The position numbers were made by a program, and so were the translations under genes. A stretch of DNA of 64,000 bases from Longimicrobiales bacterium (GTDB lineage Bacteria > Gemmatimonadota > Gemmatimonadetes > Longimicrobiales > Gaopeijiaceae). The DNA lies in NCBI GenBank assembly GCA_965203485.1, contig OZ241892.1:352001-416000 (forward strand), in the 5' to 3' direction. The notes beneath the pieces were generated by a model, which worked only from the letters and a program-made list of their open reading frames with translations, was not told the origin of the DNA and did no database searches. Positions 1 through 13,921 of the stretch are shown here, piece after piece (position 1 is the stretch's first letter; every line of letters starts with the position of its first letter).

Positions 1-3000
1 CCCGACTTGGACTTCGGGTTCTACCGCATCATGCACGCCAAGAGCGCCGAGATCACGAAGTTCCTGGAACAGGACCTGCTGCCGCAGGTGCGCGACGCGC
101 TATCTCAGTACCAGTCAGCGGACAAGGCCGTACTGGAACGAGAATTGACCGACGCCTTGCGAAGTGCCGAAGCCCTCGGCGTGAACCCCGACGACTCCAC
201 CACCGTCAAGGATCTCAGGGCCCGACTCGACCACGCCGTGGACGTAAAAACGCTCGAAGCCGAGGTCTACGACCATCTCTACGGATTCTTCCGTCGCTAC
301 TACTCCGACGGGGACTTCATCAGCAAGCGCGTGTACAAGCCCGGCGTGTACGCCATTCCCTACGCAGGCGAGGAAGTCAAGCTCCACTGGGCGAATGCGG
401 ACCAGTACTACATCAAGACGACGGAGTACCTGCGCGACTACGCGTTTCGCTTGCAACCGGCCAGCGACGCCGATCCCATGCGCGTCCATTTCCGCCTTGC
501 CGATGCGACCGAGGGCGAACACGGCAACATTAAGGAAGCTACGGCCAAAAAACGTGTCTTCGTGCTCCGGAACAGAGACTTCCTATCTGAGGAGAAAGGC
601 GAACGAGGCAATGAGCTGGTGATCCGGTTTGAGTATCGTCCAGCGACGTTGGCCGACTGGCCAGAAGACCGACGAGCACACCAAAGAAAGCCGCCCACCC
701 AGAAGGATCTGCTCCGTCTTGCCGAGGTCCGCCTATTGCAGGCAAGTGATCCAGGACTGGTCCGCTGGACCAAAGCTCTGGCCGCACCACACGTCAGTGC
801 CACTGGTGAGCCGACCGGCAATTCACGGTTTGGCACACACCTAGATCGCTATACGGCACGCAATACCTTTGACTACTTCATCCACAAGAACCTGGACGGG
901 TTTCTTCGCCGAGAGTTGGATTTCTATATCAAGAATGAAGTCATGTATCTGGATGACATCGATAACAGGGCCGCATTGGCCGTCGAGCAGTATTTCTCCA
1001 AGATCAAGGCAGTGCGGCACATCGGCTCAAAAATCATCAATTTCTTGGCACAGCTGGAAGATTTCCAGAAAAGGATGTGGCTGAAGAAAAAATTCGTAGT
1101 GGAAACTTCATACTGCGTTCGTTTGGACTGTGTACCAAAGAAATACTGGCCTAATGTCATGGCAAATCACGCCCAGCGTCACGAATGGACAACTCTATTG
1201 TCACATGACGGACACGATCGCGACTCGACTGGCATCGATTTCAACGGTTCCGGAGCCCTCGGTGATCATCCTGGCCTACTTGTCGATACATGCCATTATG
1301 ATAGTCAGTTTCGCGATCAACTATTGAGTGAATTCCAGAATATCGACAAACTAGTGGACGGAATTCTTATACACGGTGACAACTGGCAAGCACTTCGTAT
1401 GCTCGATCACAAGTATGACCGTAGCATCAAGCATGTCTACATCGACCCTCCGTACAACACAGACGCGACGGCGATTCCATACAAGAACGATTACAAGCAC
1501 TCCTCGTGGCTATCTCTCCTGGACAGTCGTCTTCGTCTATGTGCTAGGCTGTTGGAAGACGATGGCATCTTGGTGGTAGCAATAGACGAGAACGAACAGG
1601 AAAGGCTTGGCCTCTTGCTGAATGACCTATTCCCTAGCCACGCGCGCACGTGCGTGACAGTTGTCCACAACCCTGGCGGAATCCAGGGCGACAATTTCTC
1701 CTACAACAACGAGTTCGCGTACTTCATTTACCCGGCCAAAGGTCGTTCTATCGGACTCTGGAATCGTGAGGAAGCTCCGGACATCCGGCCGCTGAGGGAT
1801 GTTTCAACCGGGCAGCACATGAGAACAGACGCCCGGAATTGCTTCTATCCGATCTTGGTACGAGAGAACGACGTAGTAGGATTCGGCGACGTCTGTGATG
1901 ACGATTATCACCCGGAAGCTGCTAATGTTGTAGGTGCTGATGGTACTATTGAAGTATACCCAATAGATGCAAGAGGAAATGAACGCAAGTGGGTCTTTAG
2001 TCGGCAGACTGTAGAATCGATCAAAGGAGAACTCGCACCGAAATGGAATACGTCTAGAAAAATTGTCGACATCATCCGACGCAAGACTATGTTCAATTAC
2101 AAAACGGTATGGACCGACAAACGCTATAACGCAAACAGCTACGGATCAAAGTTGCTCAAGGACATCTTGGGCAAGCACTCAGCTTCGTTTATGTTTCCTA
2201 AGTCTTTGCATACCGTCTCAGATTGCATTGGTGCAGCGACTGACTCTGGAACCGACGGCCACCAGGTCGTGCTGGATTTTTTCGCAGGATCTGGAACCAC
2301 TGCTCACGCTGTCATGAAGCTGAACCGTGAGGATGGAGGCAGGCGGAAATTTGTGCTGGTGGAGATGGGCGACTATTTTGACTCGGTCCTGGTGCCACGC
2401 ATCAAAAAGATCAGTATTGCACCAGAATGGAAGGGTGGAAGGCCGAAGCGCGGTGCGACATCGGCGGAGAACGAGAGGTCGCCGCGCGTTATCAAGGTGG
2501 TCAGACTCGAGTCGTACGAGGATGCCATAGGCAATTTGCGTACACGAAGGGGCAATACGGCAGATCGGTCAGCACTCGACTTATTCTCGCGGGGGGACTC
2601 GGGGGAAGCTCGGGAACGGTACTTGCTCAACTACATGCTTGACGTGGAATCACAGGGTAGTGCGTCGTTGTTGAGCATTTCGGCATTCCACGACCCGACT
2701 TCCTACCGACTCAAGGTGAAGCGGCCGGGTACGGACGAGAGTCGGGAGGTCACTGTTGACCTGCTTGAGACGTTCAACTGGCTCATTGGACTAACGGTAC
2801 ATCGCATGACCGCGCCGCGAGCCTACTCGGCCGACACGGAACGAGATGCGGAAGGTCGGATGCAACTTGTCGGTGGATTGAGCGATCAGGACGATGGCCC
2901 ATGGTGGTTCCGCACGGTCACCGGTACGACGCCCGACGGTCGGCGCGTCCTCGTGATCTGGCGCAAGCGGCCGGGTGGCGAGTCGCCAGATGGCATTGAG

Positions 3001-3180
3001 GGAGACAACCTCGTGCTCGACGAGTGGTTCAAGCTTGCGAGCTCGTTTCGGGACGATGATGCGTACGACCTCATCTACGTCAACGGCAGCAACAATCTTG
3101 AGAACCTCAAGTCGCCGTCGGATACATGGACCGTTCGGCTCATCGAGGACGACTTCCATCGACTGATGTGGGAGCAGTGA
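1..3180 (+). CDS. mod: Type III restriction-modification DNA methyltransferase (Mod), 5'-truncated by window edge
   Basis: Frame open from base 1 ([11 protein letters not shown]); motif IV YIDPPYN precedes motif [11 protein letters not shown] (beta class); upstream of a Res-like helicase-nuclease. Confidence 0.92.
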   Translation, partial: PDLDFGFYRIMHAKSAEITKFLEQDLLPQVRDALSQYQSADKAVLERELTDALRSAEALGVNPDDSTTVKDLRARLDHAVDVKTLEAEVYDHLYGFFRRYYSDGDFISKRVYKPGVYAIPYAGEEVKLHWANADQYYIKTTEYLRDYAFRLQPASDADPMRVHFRLADATEGEHGNIKEATAKKRVFVLRNRDFLSEEKGERGNELVIRFEYRPATLADWPEDRRAHQRKPPTQKDLLRLAEVRLLQASDPGLVRWTKALAAPHVSATGEPTGNSRFGTHLDRYTARNTFDYFIHKNLDGFLRRELDFYIKNEVMYLDDIDNRAALAVEQYFSKIKAVRHIGSKIINFLAQLEDFQKRMWLKKKFVVETSYCVRLDCVPKKYWPNVMANHAQRHEWTTLLSHDGHDRDSTGIDFNGSGALGDHPGLLVDTCHYDSQFRDQLLSEFQNIDKLVDGILIHGDNWQALRMLDHKYDRSIKHVYIDPPYNTDATAIPYKNDYKHSSWLSLLDSRLRLCARLLEDDGILVVAIDENEQERLGLLLNDLFPSHARTCVTVVHNPGGIQGDNFSYNNEFAYFIYPAKGRSIGLWNREEAPDIRPLRDVSTGQHMRTDARNCFYPILVRENDVVGFGDVCDDDYHPEAANVVGADGTIEVYPIDARGNERKWVFSRQTVESIKGELAPKWNTSRKIVDIIRRKTMFNYKTVWTDKRYNANSYGSKLLKDILGKHSASFMFPKSLHTVSDCIGAATDSGTDGHQVVLDFFAGSGTTAHAVMKLNREDGGRRKFVLVEMGDYFDSVLVPRIKKISIAPEWKGGRPKRGATSAENERSPRVIKVVRLESYEDAIGNLRTRRGNTADRSALDLFSRGDSGEARERYLLNYMLDVESQGSASLLSISAFHDPTSYRLKVKRPGTDESREVTVDLLETFNWLIGLTVHRMTAPRAYSADTERDAEGRMQLVGGLSDQDDGPWWFRTVTGTTPDGRRVLVIWRKRPGGESPDGIEGDNLVLDEWFKLASSFRDDDAYDLIYVNGSNNLENLKSPSDTWTVRLIEDDFHRLMWEQ

Positions 3181-3182
3181 CC

Positions 3183-3775
3183 ATGGCGACACAGTATCGC
3201 GAAGGGAGCTTTCCGCCAGAAGACCGCATGGGGCAGGTGGGAGCGCTACATCCACGAGGACGCGGCCGATCGGCTGCGTCCAGCTTGCTGTCGTTCATGC
3301 CGAATTCGAGGCTCTTCACCCGTTCCTGGACGCTTGTTGGAGCACGGCGTGATCAGCCAACCCCTCTTCTCCATCAGTGCCTACCTCGAGGCTCGTCGAG
3401 CCGAATACTACGAAGGACTGCTCGCCGTCTCCCGCGACGACGAATGGACGGGATGTTGGTCTTCTTGAAGGCGGTGCTGGCCCATGCCATGGACCACCTG
3501 TCAAAGGCGAGAGCGCTCCTCGGCCTCTACGAGACGATGAAAGAGCGGGTGGCAGACGTTACCCGGTCCCAGTATGCCATTCCTGCGCTTGATTGGGTTC
3601 AACAGCGCCTGGTTCTCAGTCCATGCGGGCGTCCCAACCTGCACGGCCCGACGGCTCTTGGCGAAACTGGTCGACCATGGCGTACTGCGGGTCCTCCAGG
3701 ACCCCAGCGGCCATCGGGGATCCATCCTGGTGCTCCCGGACCTCCTGCACGTTGCCGAGGGAAGGGATGTCTTCC
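3183..3775 (+). pseudogene. Degraded Fic-family protein
   Basis: Fragments in shifting frames: [13 protein letters not shown] / VQLAVVHAEFEALHPFLD (Fic motif cut before GNGR) / ISAYLEARRAEYYEGLLAVSRDDEWTG / RSQYAIPALDW / PTARRLLAKLVDHGVL...AEGRDVF (HTH-like tail). Confidence 0.75.
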
Positions 3776-3786
3776 GACGGTCACGG

Positions 3787-4003
3787 ATGGCCGTCAAACT
3801 CGTTCGGTGGCCACTTCCGGCACTTGGTGGCCGTTGCTTTGTCCTCTTGGCGGTCATTTCTGGCACTATATGGCCGTCCTGCCTGCTTGGCGGTCACGGG
3901 CGAAATCGGTTTGGCGGTCACATTCGGCGTTCTGTGGCCGCTTGGTCATCTTTGCGGTCACGCGTGTCCGCGAAGCCAGGTCGGCGGCCATACTTCCGGT
4001 TAC

Positions 4004-4013
<10 letters not shown>
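3787..4013. repeat. Degenerate array of about 11 copies of a 10-bp motif (TTGGCGGTCA-like) at about 20-bp spacing
   Basis: Exact TTGGCGGTCA at 3847, 3887, 3911; variants at 3787, 3807, 3827, 3870, 3934, 3951, 3981, 4004. Confidence 0.55.
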
Positions 4014-7321
<3,308 letters not shown>

Positions 7322-7395
7322 CGGCCAAGGCCTCGGCCCGTAACTTTGGGTGGAAGTTCGCCGCTCCACGCCCCAATTCAACGGAGAACAACCTC

Positions 7396-10300
7396 GTGCG
7401 CACGCGCAACGACGCTTACCGGCGCTCCCCCGCCTCGCATCCTCGCCCAACCGCCTCCCTTCGTGCTCGTCCGTCGGCCGTCCCATCGCCGAAGACGAGC
7501 CGCCGACCCGTCGCCGAGCCGGCTTCATTGCGGCCTCTGCTCCTCCCGGTCCTCGTCGCCGGCCTGCTCGCGGCCTCCGCCGCCGTGCAGTCCCAGGCCC
7601 ACGCCCAGGACGCCGCCGCCGCCCCCGCCGATCCGCTCGCGCTCGCCACCGCGGCCCTCGAGTTCCGCGCCGTCGGCCCCACCATAATGGGCGGGCGCGT
7701 GGCCGACTTGGCCGTCGTCGAGTCCGATCCGCGCGTCTTCTACGTCGGCGTGGCCACGGGAGGCGTCTGGAAGACCGAGAACGCGGGCATCACCTTCGAG
7801 CACGTCTTCAAGGACGAAGCCACTGCTTCGGTGGGCGACGTGACGGTGGCGCCGTCCAACCCGAACGTCGTCTGGGTGGGAACCGGCGAGCCGCAGAACC
7901 GGCAGAGTTCGCCGTGGGGCGCCGGCGTGTACCGGTCGACCGACGCGGGCCGCACGTGGACGCATCTCGGACTCGAGAACACGCACCACATTGCGCGCAT
8001 TCAAGTCCACCCGCACGATCCCGACGTGGCCTACGTGGCCGCCGTGGGCCACCTGTGGGGCGCCAACCCCGAACGCGGCGTGTACCGAACCCGCGACGGC
8101 GGCGAGACCTGGGAGCGCGTGCTCTTCGTGGACGAGGACACGGGTGCCATCGACCTGGTCATGGACCCGTCCGATCCGCGCACGCTGTTCGCCGCGACGT
8201 ACCAGCGGCGGCGCCGGGCCTGGGGATTCAACGGCGGCGGGCCTGGGAGCGGCATCCACCGCACCACCGACGGCGGAGACGAATGGACCGAACTCACCCA
8301 CGGGTTGCCGGAAGGCGACAAGGGGCGGATCGGGCTTGCCGTCCACCGCGGAGACGGCAACATGGTGTTCGCGCTGGTGGAAGCCGACGCGCGCGCGCCC
8401 GGCCAGGGCTTCGGCGCGGGACAGCAGGAGGGACCGCGCCGCAACGGCGTCTACCGCTCGCTGGACCGGGGCGAGACGTGGGAGCACCTGAGCACCACCA
8501 ACAACCGGCCCATGTACTACAGCCAGATATGGGTGGATCCCAACGATCCCGAGCGCGTTTACCTGGGCGGCTCCAGCATGTACCGCTCGTCCGACGGGGG
8601 ACGCAGCTTCACGCCCGACGCGGCGTCCGGCGTCCACCTCGACCACCACGTCCTCTGGATCGACCCTGCCGACTCGGACCACCTGATCCTGGGCGGCGAC
8701 GGCGGCGTGTCGGTCAGCTGGGACCGCTCCGACAACTGGTACCAGCTGCGCAACCTGCCCATCGCCCAGTTCTACGAGATAGGCGTGGACATGCGCGATC
8801 CCTACCACGTGTGCGGCGGCCTCCAGGACAACGGGTCGTGGTGCGCACCCTCCGACACGTGGTCCAACCAGGGGATTCGCGCGCGCGACTGGTACAACGT
8901 GGGGTCGGGCGACGGCTTCTTCACGGTGATGCATCCGGCGAACCCGAAACTGATGTTTGCCGAATCGCAGGGCGGCAACCTGATGCGGGTCGACTTGGCC
9001 ACCGGCGAACGGGCCAGGATTCGTCCCCTCGCCAGACCCGCGGACGACGACGAGGAGCGGCGGTTTCGGTGGAACTGGAACACGCCCATGCTCCTCTCGG
9101 CGCACGACGACCAAGTCGTCTACGCGGGCGCCAACGTCGTCTTCCGATCCCCCGATCTGGGCCAGACTTGGCAAGAGATCAGTCCCGACCTGACCCACGC
9201 GATCGACCGCGACACGCTGGAGCTCATGGGCGTGCCCGGCAGCGAGCCGCAGATGTCGCGCAACGACGGCCAGTCCACCTACGGAAACCTGACCGCCCTC
9301 GCCGAGTCGCCGCTGGACCCCGCCGTCATCTATGCGGGCAGCGACGACGGACGCGTGCACGTCACCCGCGACGGCGGCGCCGCATGGCAGGACCTGACGC
9401 CCAACTTGGACGGCCTGCCGCCCCACACCTACGTCACGCGCATCGTGGCGTCCCACGGCGAGCCGGGCGCCGTCTTCGCGGCCTTCGACGGCCACCGCAA
9501 CGACGACTTCGCCCCCTACGTCTACGCCAGCGCGGACTTCGGCGAGAGCTGGGAGCGCGTCACCGACGGGTTGCCCCAGACCTCTCTCAACGCGCTTGCC
9601 CAGCATCCCGCCGCTCCGAACCTGCTCTTTGCGGGTAGCGAGACGGGCGTCCACTTCTCCATCGACGCGGGCCGGAGCTGGTCGCGCTTGGACGGAGGAC
9701 TGCCGACGGTTCCGGTGGACGACATTGTGGTGCATCCGCGGGACAACGACTTGGTCGTCGGCACGCACGGGCTGGGCATCTGGATCATGGACGACATTGC
9801 GCCCTTGGCGGAGCTGTCGGACGAGGTGCTGGCGTCCGACGCGCACTTGTTCTCGGTGCGCCGGGCCACGTCGTACAACCCGTACCGGCCGCAGGGCTGG
9901 ACGCCGGGCGTCTACGCCGCGCCGAACCCCGAGGCGGGTGCCCGGATTCGGTACTGGCTGGGCGAGCAGGCGGGCGGCGGCGTGAGGCTGGAGGTGAGCG
10001 ACGAGAGCGGGACCGTGGTGCGCGAGCTGCGGGGTGGCGGACGAGCCGGACTCACGGAAGTCGTGTGGGACTTGCGTTTGGCGGAGCGGACCGAGACTGC
10101 AACGGGAAACGAGACGACCGCGGCGGCAGGCCGGGAAGGCGAGTCCGCGAGCCCCTCGCCGCGGCGCAACCCTGCGATTCCCGGCCCGCGCGTCCTGCCC
10201 GGCCGGTACTCGGTGACGTTGCGTGCAGGCGCGGACACGCTCGAGACGTCCTTCGACGTGCGAATGGACCCGCGCACGTCGCTCTCGCGGGCCGACCTGG

Positions 10301-10731
10301 AGGCCCGGCATGCCGCGATGCTGGATTCCTACCGCCTCGCCCGCCCGGTGCAGGAGGCCCGCCGCCGGCTCCGGTCGATGGGCGAGCAGCTCGAGGCCGC
10401 CCAGGAGCGGGTGGACGCCGCGGCGGACAGCGTGCCGGAGGAGCTCTCCGACGAACTGGAAGCCTTCGGAGAGGCGCTGGACGAGGCCCGCGAAGCCCTC
10501 CAAGAGGCCGCCGCCGGCGCCGCCGCTTGGCGTACGATCGAAGGCTCCACCACCCTTCCCACCGCCGACCAGCTCTGGACGATCGACCGCTCGTGGGACG
10601 ACGTGCCGCCGGTGATCGAGTCCGTCAACGCGTTGCTGGAACGGCTCTCGGCGCTCCACGACATGCTGGCGGAGGCGGACGTGCGGCCGGACGCGGGCGA
10701 CCCGGTGCCCGTGCCCAAGCGGGGGAGCTGA
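7396..10731 (+). CDS. Secreted VPS10/BNR (Asp-box) repeat beta-propeller protein, glycosyl-hydrolase-like
   Basis: Many SxDxGxTW Asp-boxes, signal-like hydrophobic stretch, C-terminal coiled coil; GTG 7396 preceded by GGAG (start uncertain). Confidence 0.85.
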   Translation: MRTRNDAYRRSPASHPRPTASLRARPSAVPSPKTSRRPVAEPASLRPLLLPVLVAGLLAASAAVQSQAHAQDAAAAPADPLALATAALEFRAVGPTIMGGRVADLAVVESDPRVFYVGVATGGVWKTENAGITFEHVFKDEATASVGDVTVAPSNPNVVWVGTGEPQNRQSSPWGAGVYRSTDAGRTWTHLGLENTHHIARIQVHPHDPDVAYVAAVGHLWGANPERGVYRTRDGGETWERVLFVDEDTGAIDLVMDPSDPRTLFAATYQRRRRAWGFNGGGPGSGIHRTTDGGDEWTELTHGLPEGDKGRIGLAVHRGDGNMVFALVEADARAPGQGFGAGQQEGPRRNGVYRSLDRGETWEHLSTTNNRPMYYSQIWVDPNDPERVYLGGSSMYRSSDGGRSFTPDAASGVHLDHHVLWIDPADSDHLILGGDGGVSVSWDRSDNWYQLRNLPIAQFYEIGVDMRDPYHVCGGLQDNGSWCAPSDTWSNQGIRARDWYNVGSGDGFFTVMHPANPKLMFAESQGGNLMRVDLATGERARIRPLARPADDDEERRFRWNWNTPMLLSAHDDQVVYAGANVVFRSPDLGQTWQEISPDLTHAIDRDTLELMGVPGSEPQMSRNDGQSTYGNLTALAESPLDPAVIYAGSDDGRVHVTRDGGAAWQDLTPNLDGLPPHTYVTRIVASHGEPGAVFAAFDGHRNDDFAPYVYASADFGESWERVTDGLPQTSLNALAQHPAAPNLLFAGSETGVHFSIDAGRSWSRLDGGLPTVPVDDIVVHPRDNDLVVGTHGLGIWIMDDIAPLAELSDEVLASDAHLFSVRRATSYNPYRPQGWTPGVYAAPNPEAGARIRYWLGEQAGGGVRLEVSDESGTVVRELRGGGRAGLTEVVWDLRLAERTETATGNETTAAAGREGESASPSPRRNPAIPGPRVLPGRYSVTLRAGADTLETSFDVRMDPRTSLSRADLEARHAAMLDSYRLARPVQEARRRLRSMGEQLEAAQERVDAAADSVPEELSDELEAFGEALDEAREALQEAAAGAAAWRTIEGSTTLPTADQLWTIDRSWDDVPPVIESVNALLERLSALHDMLAEADVRPDAGDPVPVPKRGS

Positions 10732-10788
10732 GGACCCTCGGCGGCTTCCGATGGCCCTGGTGCTTCGCGGCCCCTTGGACGAACAATC

Positions 10789-11553
10789 TTGACAGCGTGG
10801 AAAGTGCTCGTCCTTCGCGAAAAGCACGGAGCCTCGAGCTCGACCGTGGCCCTGACGGCTGCTAGCCCGCGTTGCGCTGTCGCTGCCGTCGTGCTTGCCG
10901 GTGCGGTTTCCGCGTGCGGCGGGGAGTCGGCGCGACCGTCCGAAGAGTTGCTGGAGGCGGTGGACTGGTACACGGGCGTGGCCGGGACCGTGGACGACGA
11001 GCGGGCGCGGGAGTTGTTGGGCGTGGCCGTCCGAGACGGCAATCCGCTGGCCGTGATGTGGATGGCGCGGGTGTACTCGCGCGGACGGATGGGCTACGAG
11101 CGGAACGAAGCGCGCGCGCGGTCGTTGGCGAGCGGCGTCGTCGGCGAAGTGCAGCGGGCCGCGGACGCCGGGGTGCTGGAAGCGGTCTTCTTGATGGGGA
11201 CGGCCTACGACGAAGGCTTGGGAAAGTCGGTCGACGCGTACGAGGCGGCGAAGTGGCATCGCCGGGCGGCGGAAGAAGGACACGTGCTGGCGGCGCACAA
11301 CCTTGGCAACGCGTACGCAGCGGGCCGGGGCGTGCCGCGTGATCCGCAGGAGGCCGTCAAGTGGTGGACGCTCGCGGCGGAAGCGGGCGACGCCATTCCG
11401 CAGCTGCGCTTGGGCGAGGCATACGAAGGCGGCGTCGGCGCGGACCGCGACGTCGAGCGGGCGGCCGAGTGGTACCGGCGAGCGGCGGCAGCCGGCAACG
11501 AGTCCGCTCAAGCCGCCTTGAGGCGACTGGAAGCGGGGCCGTCGAGCCACTAG
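10789..11553 (+). CDS. Sel1-like repeat lipoprotein
   Basis: Repeats AAHNLGNAYAAGRGVPRD..EAVKWW..AAEAGD; lipobox-like VSAC; start uncertain. Confidence 0.85.
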   Translation: MTAWKVLVLREKHGASSSTVALTAASPRCAVAAVVLAGAVSACGGESARPSEELLEAVDWYTGVAGTVDDERARELLGVAVRDGNPLAVMWMARVYSRGRMGYERNEARARSLASGVVGEVQRAADAGVLEAVFLMGTAYDEGLGKSVDAYEAAKWHRRAAEEGHVLAAHNLGNAYAAGRGVPRDPQEAVKWWTLAAEAGDAIPQLRLGEAYEGGVGADRDVERAAEWYRRAAAAGNESAQAALRRLEAGPSSH

Positions 11554-11777
11554 AGGCGCGCCCGACCCGCCGCCGTCTTTGCACGACCCATCCGGCCATG
11601 TTCCCGGCCCGGCAGTCGGGCCATCGTAATGGGGCTAGGCTGGCGCGCGGCCCGGCCGCGCCCGTTTGACGACTCCCGTTCGCGGCGCCCAAGTTGCTGT
11701 TACGTTACGATTCATTCTCCCTCGTTCTGGGACGCGATGAGACCCACCGGCGGCGCCAACACCACGACCGAGGCGCA

Positions 11778-12953
11778 ATGCCGCCGGACTGGGCCGTGAC
11801 GGGCCGCCCCGAAGTCTACCTGGACAACAACGCCACCACCCGCGTCCTGCCGGAGGTGGCGGAGGCCGTCGCCCGGACAATGCGGGACGGTTGCGGCAAT
11901 CCTTCGAGCGTGCACGCCGCCGGCGCGCGAGCCAGGAAGCGGCTGTGGTTGGCCCGGGAGCAGGTCGCGGCCCTCGTTGCGGCCGATCCGGCCGCCGTGG
12001 TGTTCACCGGAGGGGCCACCGAAGCCAACAACTTGGCGCTCCAGAGCCTCCTCGGCGGGCCGATGGACGGCTACCGCCTGGTCACGACGGCCGTGGAGCA
12101 CCCGTCGGTGCTGGCCGTTGCCGGTGCGCTCGCGCGGCTGGATCGCGAGGTCGTGACGTTGCCGGTGGATTCGAACGGTATCGTCTGCGAAGAGGAGATG
12201 GCCCGGGCGATCGCGCCGGAACGGACGCTGGTCTCCGTCCAGTGGGCGAACAACGAGACGGGCGTGGTCCAGCCGATCGCGCGGTTGGCGACGCGGGCGC
12301 GGGCGCTTGGGGCGCGCTTCCACGCGGACGCGGTCCAAGCCGTCGGCAAGCTGCCGGTGGACTTGAACGCCGTCCCCGTCGATTTCCTTTCCCTGTCCGG
12401 CCACAAGCTGCACGGCCCGCTCGGCGCGGGGGCGTTGGTGGCGCGAGACCGAAGCCTGTTGCGGCCGTTGATGTTCGGGGGAGACCAAGAGGCGGCCTTG
12501 CGCCCTGGCACCGAGAACGTCCCGGCGATCGTTGGCCTCGGCGTTGCCTTGGCGCACCGGGCGGACCGCTTCGAGGCGGTAGCAACGGCCACGCGCGACA
12601 TGCGGGACGCATTCGAGTCCGGCGTCGCCAGACGGGGACTCGCGCGAGCGGTGAACGGCTCGGGCGCCCCCCGCTTGCCCAACACGTCCAACGTCCACTT
12701 TCTGGACATGGACGGCGAGGCGCTCGTCGTCCGGCTCGACCAGGCGGGCGTTCGGTGTTCCCAGAGTTCGGCCTGCACCAACCAGCGCCCCGAGCCGTCC
12801 TACGTGCTCCGCGCCATGGGCCTATCCGAACGCCAAGCGTACGCCAGCGCGCGGTTTGCCTTCTCCGAACTCAACCGCATGGCCGACGCGAACGCCGCCG
12901 TCGAGGCCATTGCCGCCGTCCACGCGAAGCTGCTTCCCTTCGCCGTCGCCTGA
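11778..12953 (+). CDS. sspA: Cysteine desulfurase (SspA/DndA/IscS-like)
   Basis: YLDNNATT, NNETG, HADAVQ, SGHKLHG (PLP lysine), SSACT (catalytic Cys); first gene of the DUF4007-ATPase-PAPS reductase operon; start uncertain. Confidence 0.85.
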   Translation: MPPDWAVTGRPEVYLDNNATTRVLPEVAEAVARTMRDGCGNPSSVHAAGARARKRLWLAREQVAALVAADPAAVVFTGGATEANNLALQSLLGGPMDGYRLVTTAVEHPSVLAVAGALARLDREVVTLPVDSNGIVCEEEMARAIAPERTLVSVQWANNETGVVQPIARLATRARALGARFHADAVQAVGKLPVDLNAVPVDFLSLSGHKLHGPLGAGALVARDRSLLRPLMFGGDQEAALRPGTENVPAIVGLGVALAHRADRFEAVATATRDMRDAFESGVARRGLARAVNGSGAPRLPNTSNVHFLDMDGEALVVRLDQAGVRCSQSSACTNQRPEPSYVLRAMGLSERQAYASARFAFSELNRMADANAAVEAIAAVHAKLLPFAVA

Positions 12954-12964
12954 AGGAGAACTCG

Positions 12965-13921
12965 TTGCGCTTCGGGGGACACCAGACGTTCGCGATCCGC
13001 GGCGGCTGGCTCTACAAGGGCCTTCGCATGGTCGTGCAGAATCCGGAACGCATGGACGATCCGGACGTGGCGGACTGGCTGGGCGTGGGGCGTAACATGG
13101 CCAAGTCCATTCACCACTGGCTTCTGGCCACTGGCTTGGCCGAGAAGGAGTTGACCGGCGGCGGCCGCACCAGGGCGCTTCGCCCGACGGACCTCGGCAA
13201 GACGGTCTGGGAGCGCGACCGCTATTTCCTGCTGCCGGGGACTTGGTGGGCCGTCCACGTCCAGTTGATCGACCGGCCCGCGTTCGCGTTCACGTGGAAC
13301 TGGTTCTTCAACGTGTTCAGCTCCGCGCGGTTCGAGCGTCCGGTGTGCGCAGAGGCGTTGCGGCGCCACTTGGCTGCCGGCGGCGGCCGGACGCCCAGTC
13401 CGCGCACGCTCGACCGGGACGTGGCTTGCCTCCTCCGCTCCTATTCGGTGAGCGTGCCGCGCCCGGAAGAGGACCCGGAAGACGCGATGGAGTGCCCGCT
13501 GAGCGAGCTGGGCATCATGCTCCATTCCCGCCAGACGGGGTTCTACCATGTAAACCGCGGACTCAAGCCCATTCCGTTCGAGCTCTTCGGGTACGCTCTA
13601 GCTGTCGGCCGGAAGCGTCTTCTCGGACGGCAGGCCGCTGGTCGAGCTGCCGGCGGACAACGGCCCGGCGATGGGCTCCGCGTGAACGGAGACCGGTCGC
13701 TTGCCGAGCTTGTCCATGAAGCCGGCGCCCCCGGACGGGTCTTCGCGATGACCGCGGAATCCTTGTACGAACTGGTGGCGGGCTACGAGGCGGAAGGACG
13801 GGTACGGCTGGACGGCCAAGCCGGAGAAAGGATCGTCCGCGTTCGGACAAGCGGGCCCGGGCCGGAATGGATGGCGCGCTACTACGACTCGGCGGACCGA
13901 GCCGCGGAGCAGGCTGCCTAG
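12965..13921 (+). CDS. sspB: DUF4007 protein (SspB-like)
   Basis: N-terminal FGGHQTFAIRGGWLYKG and LGVGRNMAKSIHHWL signatures; TTG start with AAGGAG RBS immediately after the sspA stop. Confidence 0.85.
   Translation: MRFGGHQTFAIRGGWLYKGLRMVVQNPERMDDPDVADWLGVGRNMAKSIHHWLLATGLAEKELTGGGRTRALRPTDLGKTVWERDRYFLLPGTWWAVHVQLIDRPAFAFTWNWFFNVFSSARFERPVCAEALRRHLAAGGGRTPSPRTLDRDVACLLRSYSVSVPRPEEDPEDAMECPLSELGIMLHSRQTGFYHVNRGLKPIPFELFGYALAVGRKRLLGRQAAGRAAGGQRPGDGLRVNGDRSLAELVHEAGAPGRVFAMTAESLYELVAGYEAEGRVRLDGQAGERIVRVRTSGPGPEWMARYYDSADRAAEQAA

Noticed and set aside
7525..11550. Long antisense and overlapping ORFs (e.g. 7525-11550, 13598-16282, 31667-33970, 49275-51545, 53878-55884, 62081-63985)
   Set aside because: Typical high-GC shadow frames opposite well-supported genes; Arg/Pro/Ala-rich with no motifs
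11778..12953. Housekeeping iscS/nifS Fe-S cluster operon
   Set aside because: No iscU/iscR/suf/mnmA neighbours; it is followed directly by the DUF4007 gene
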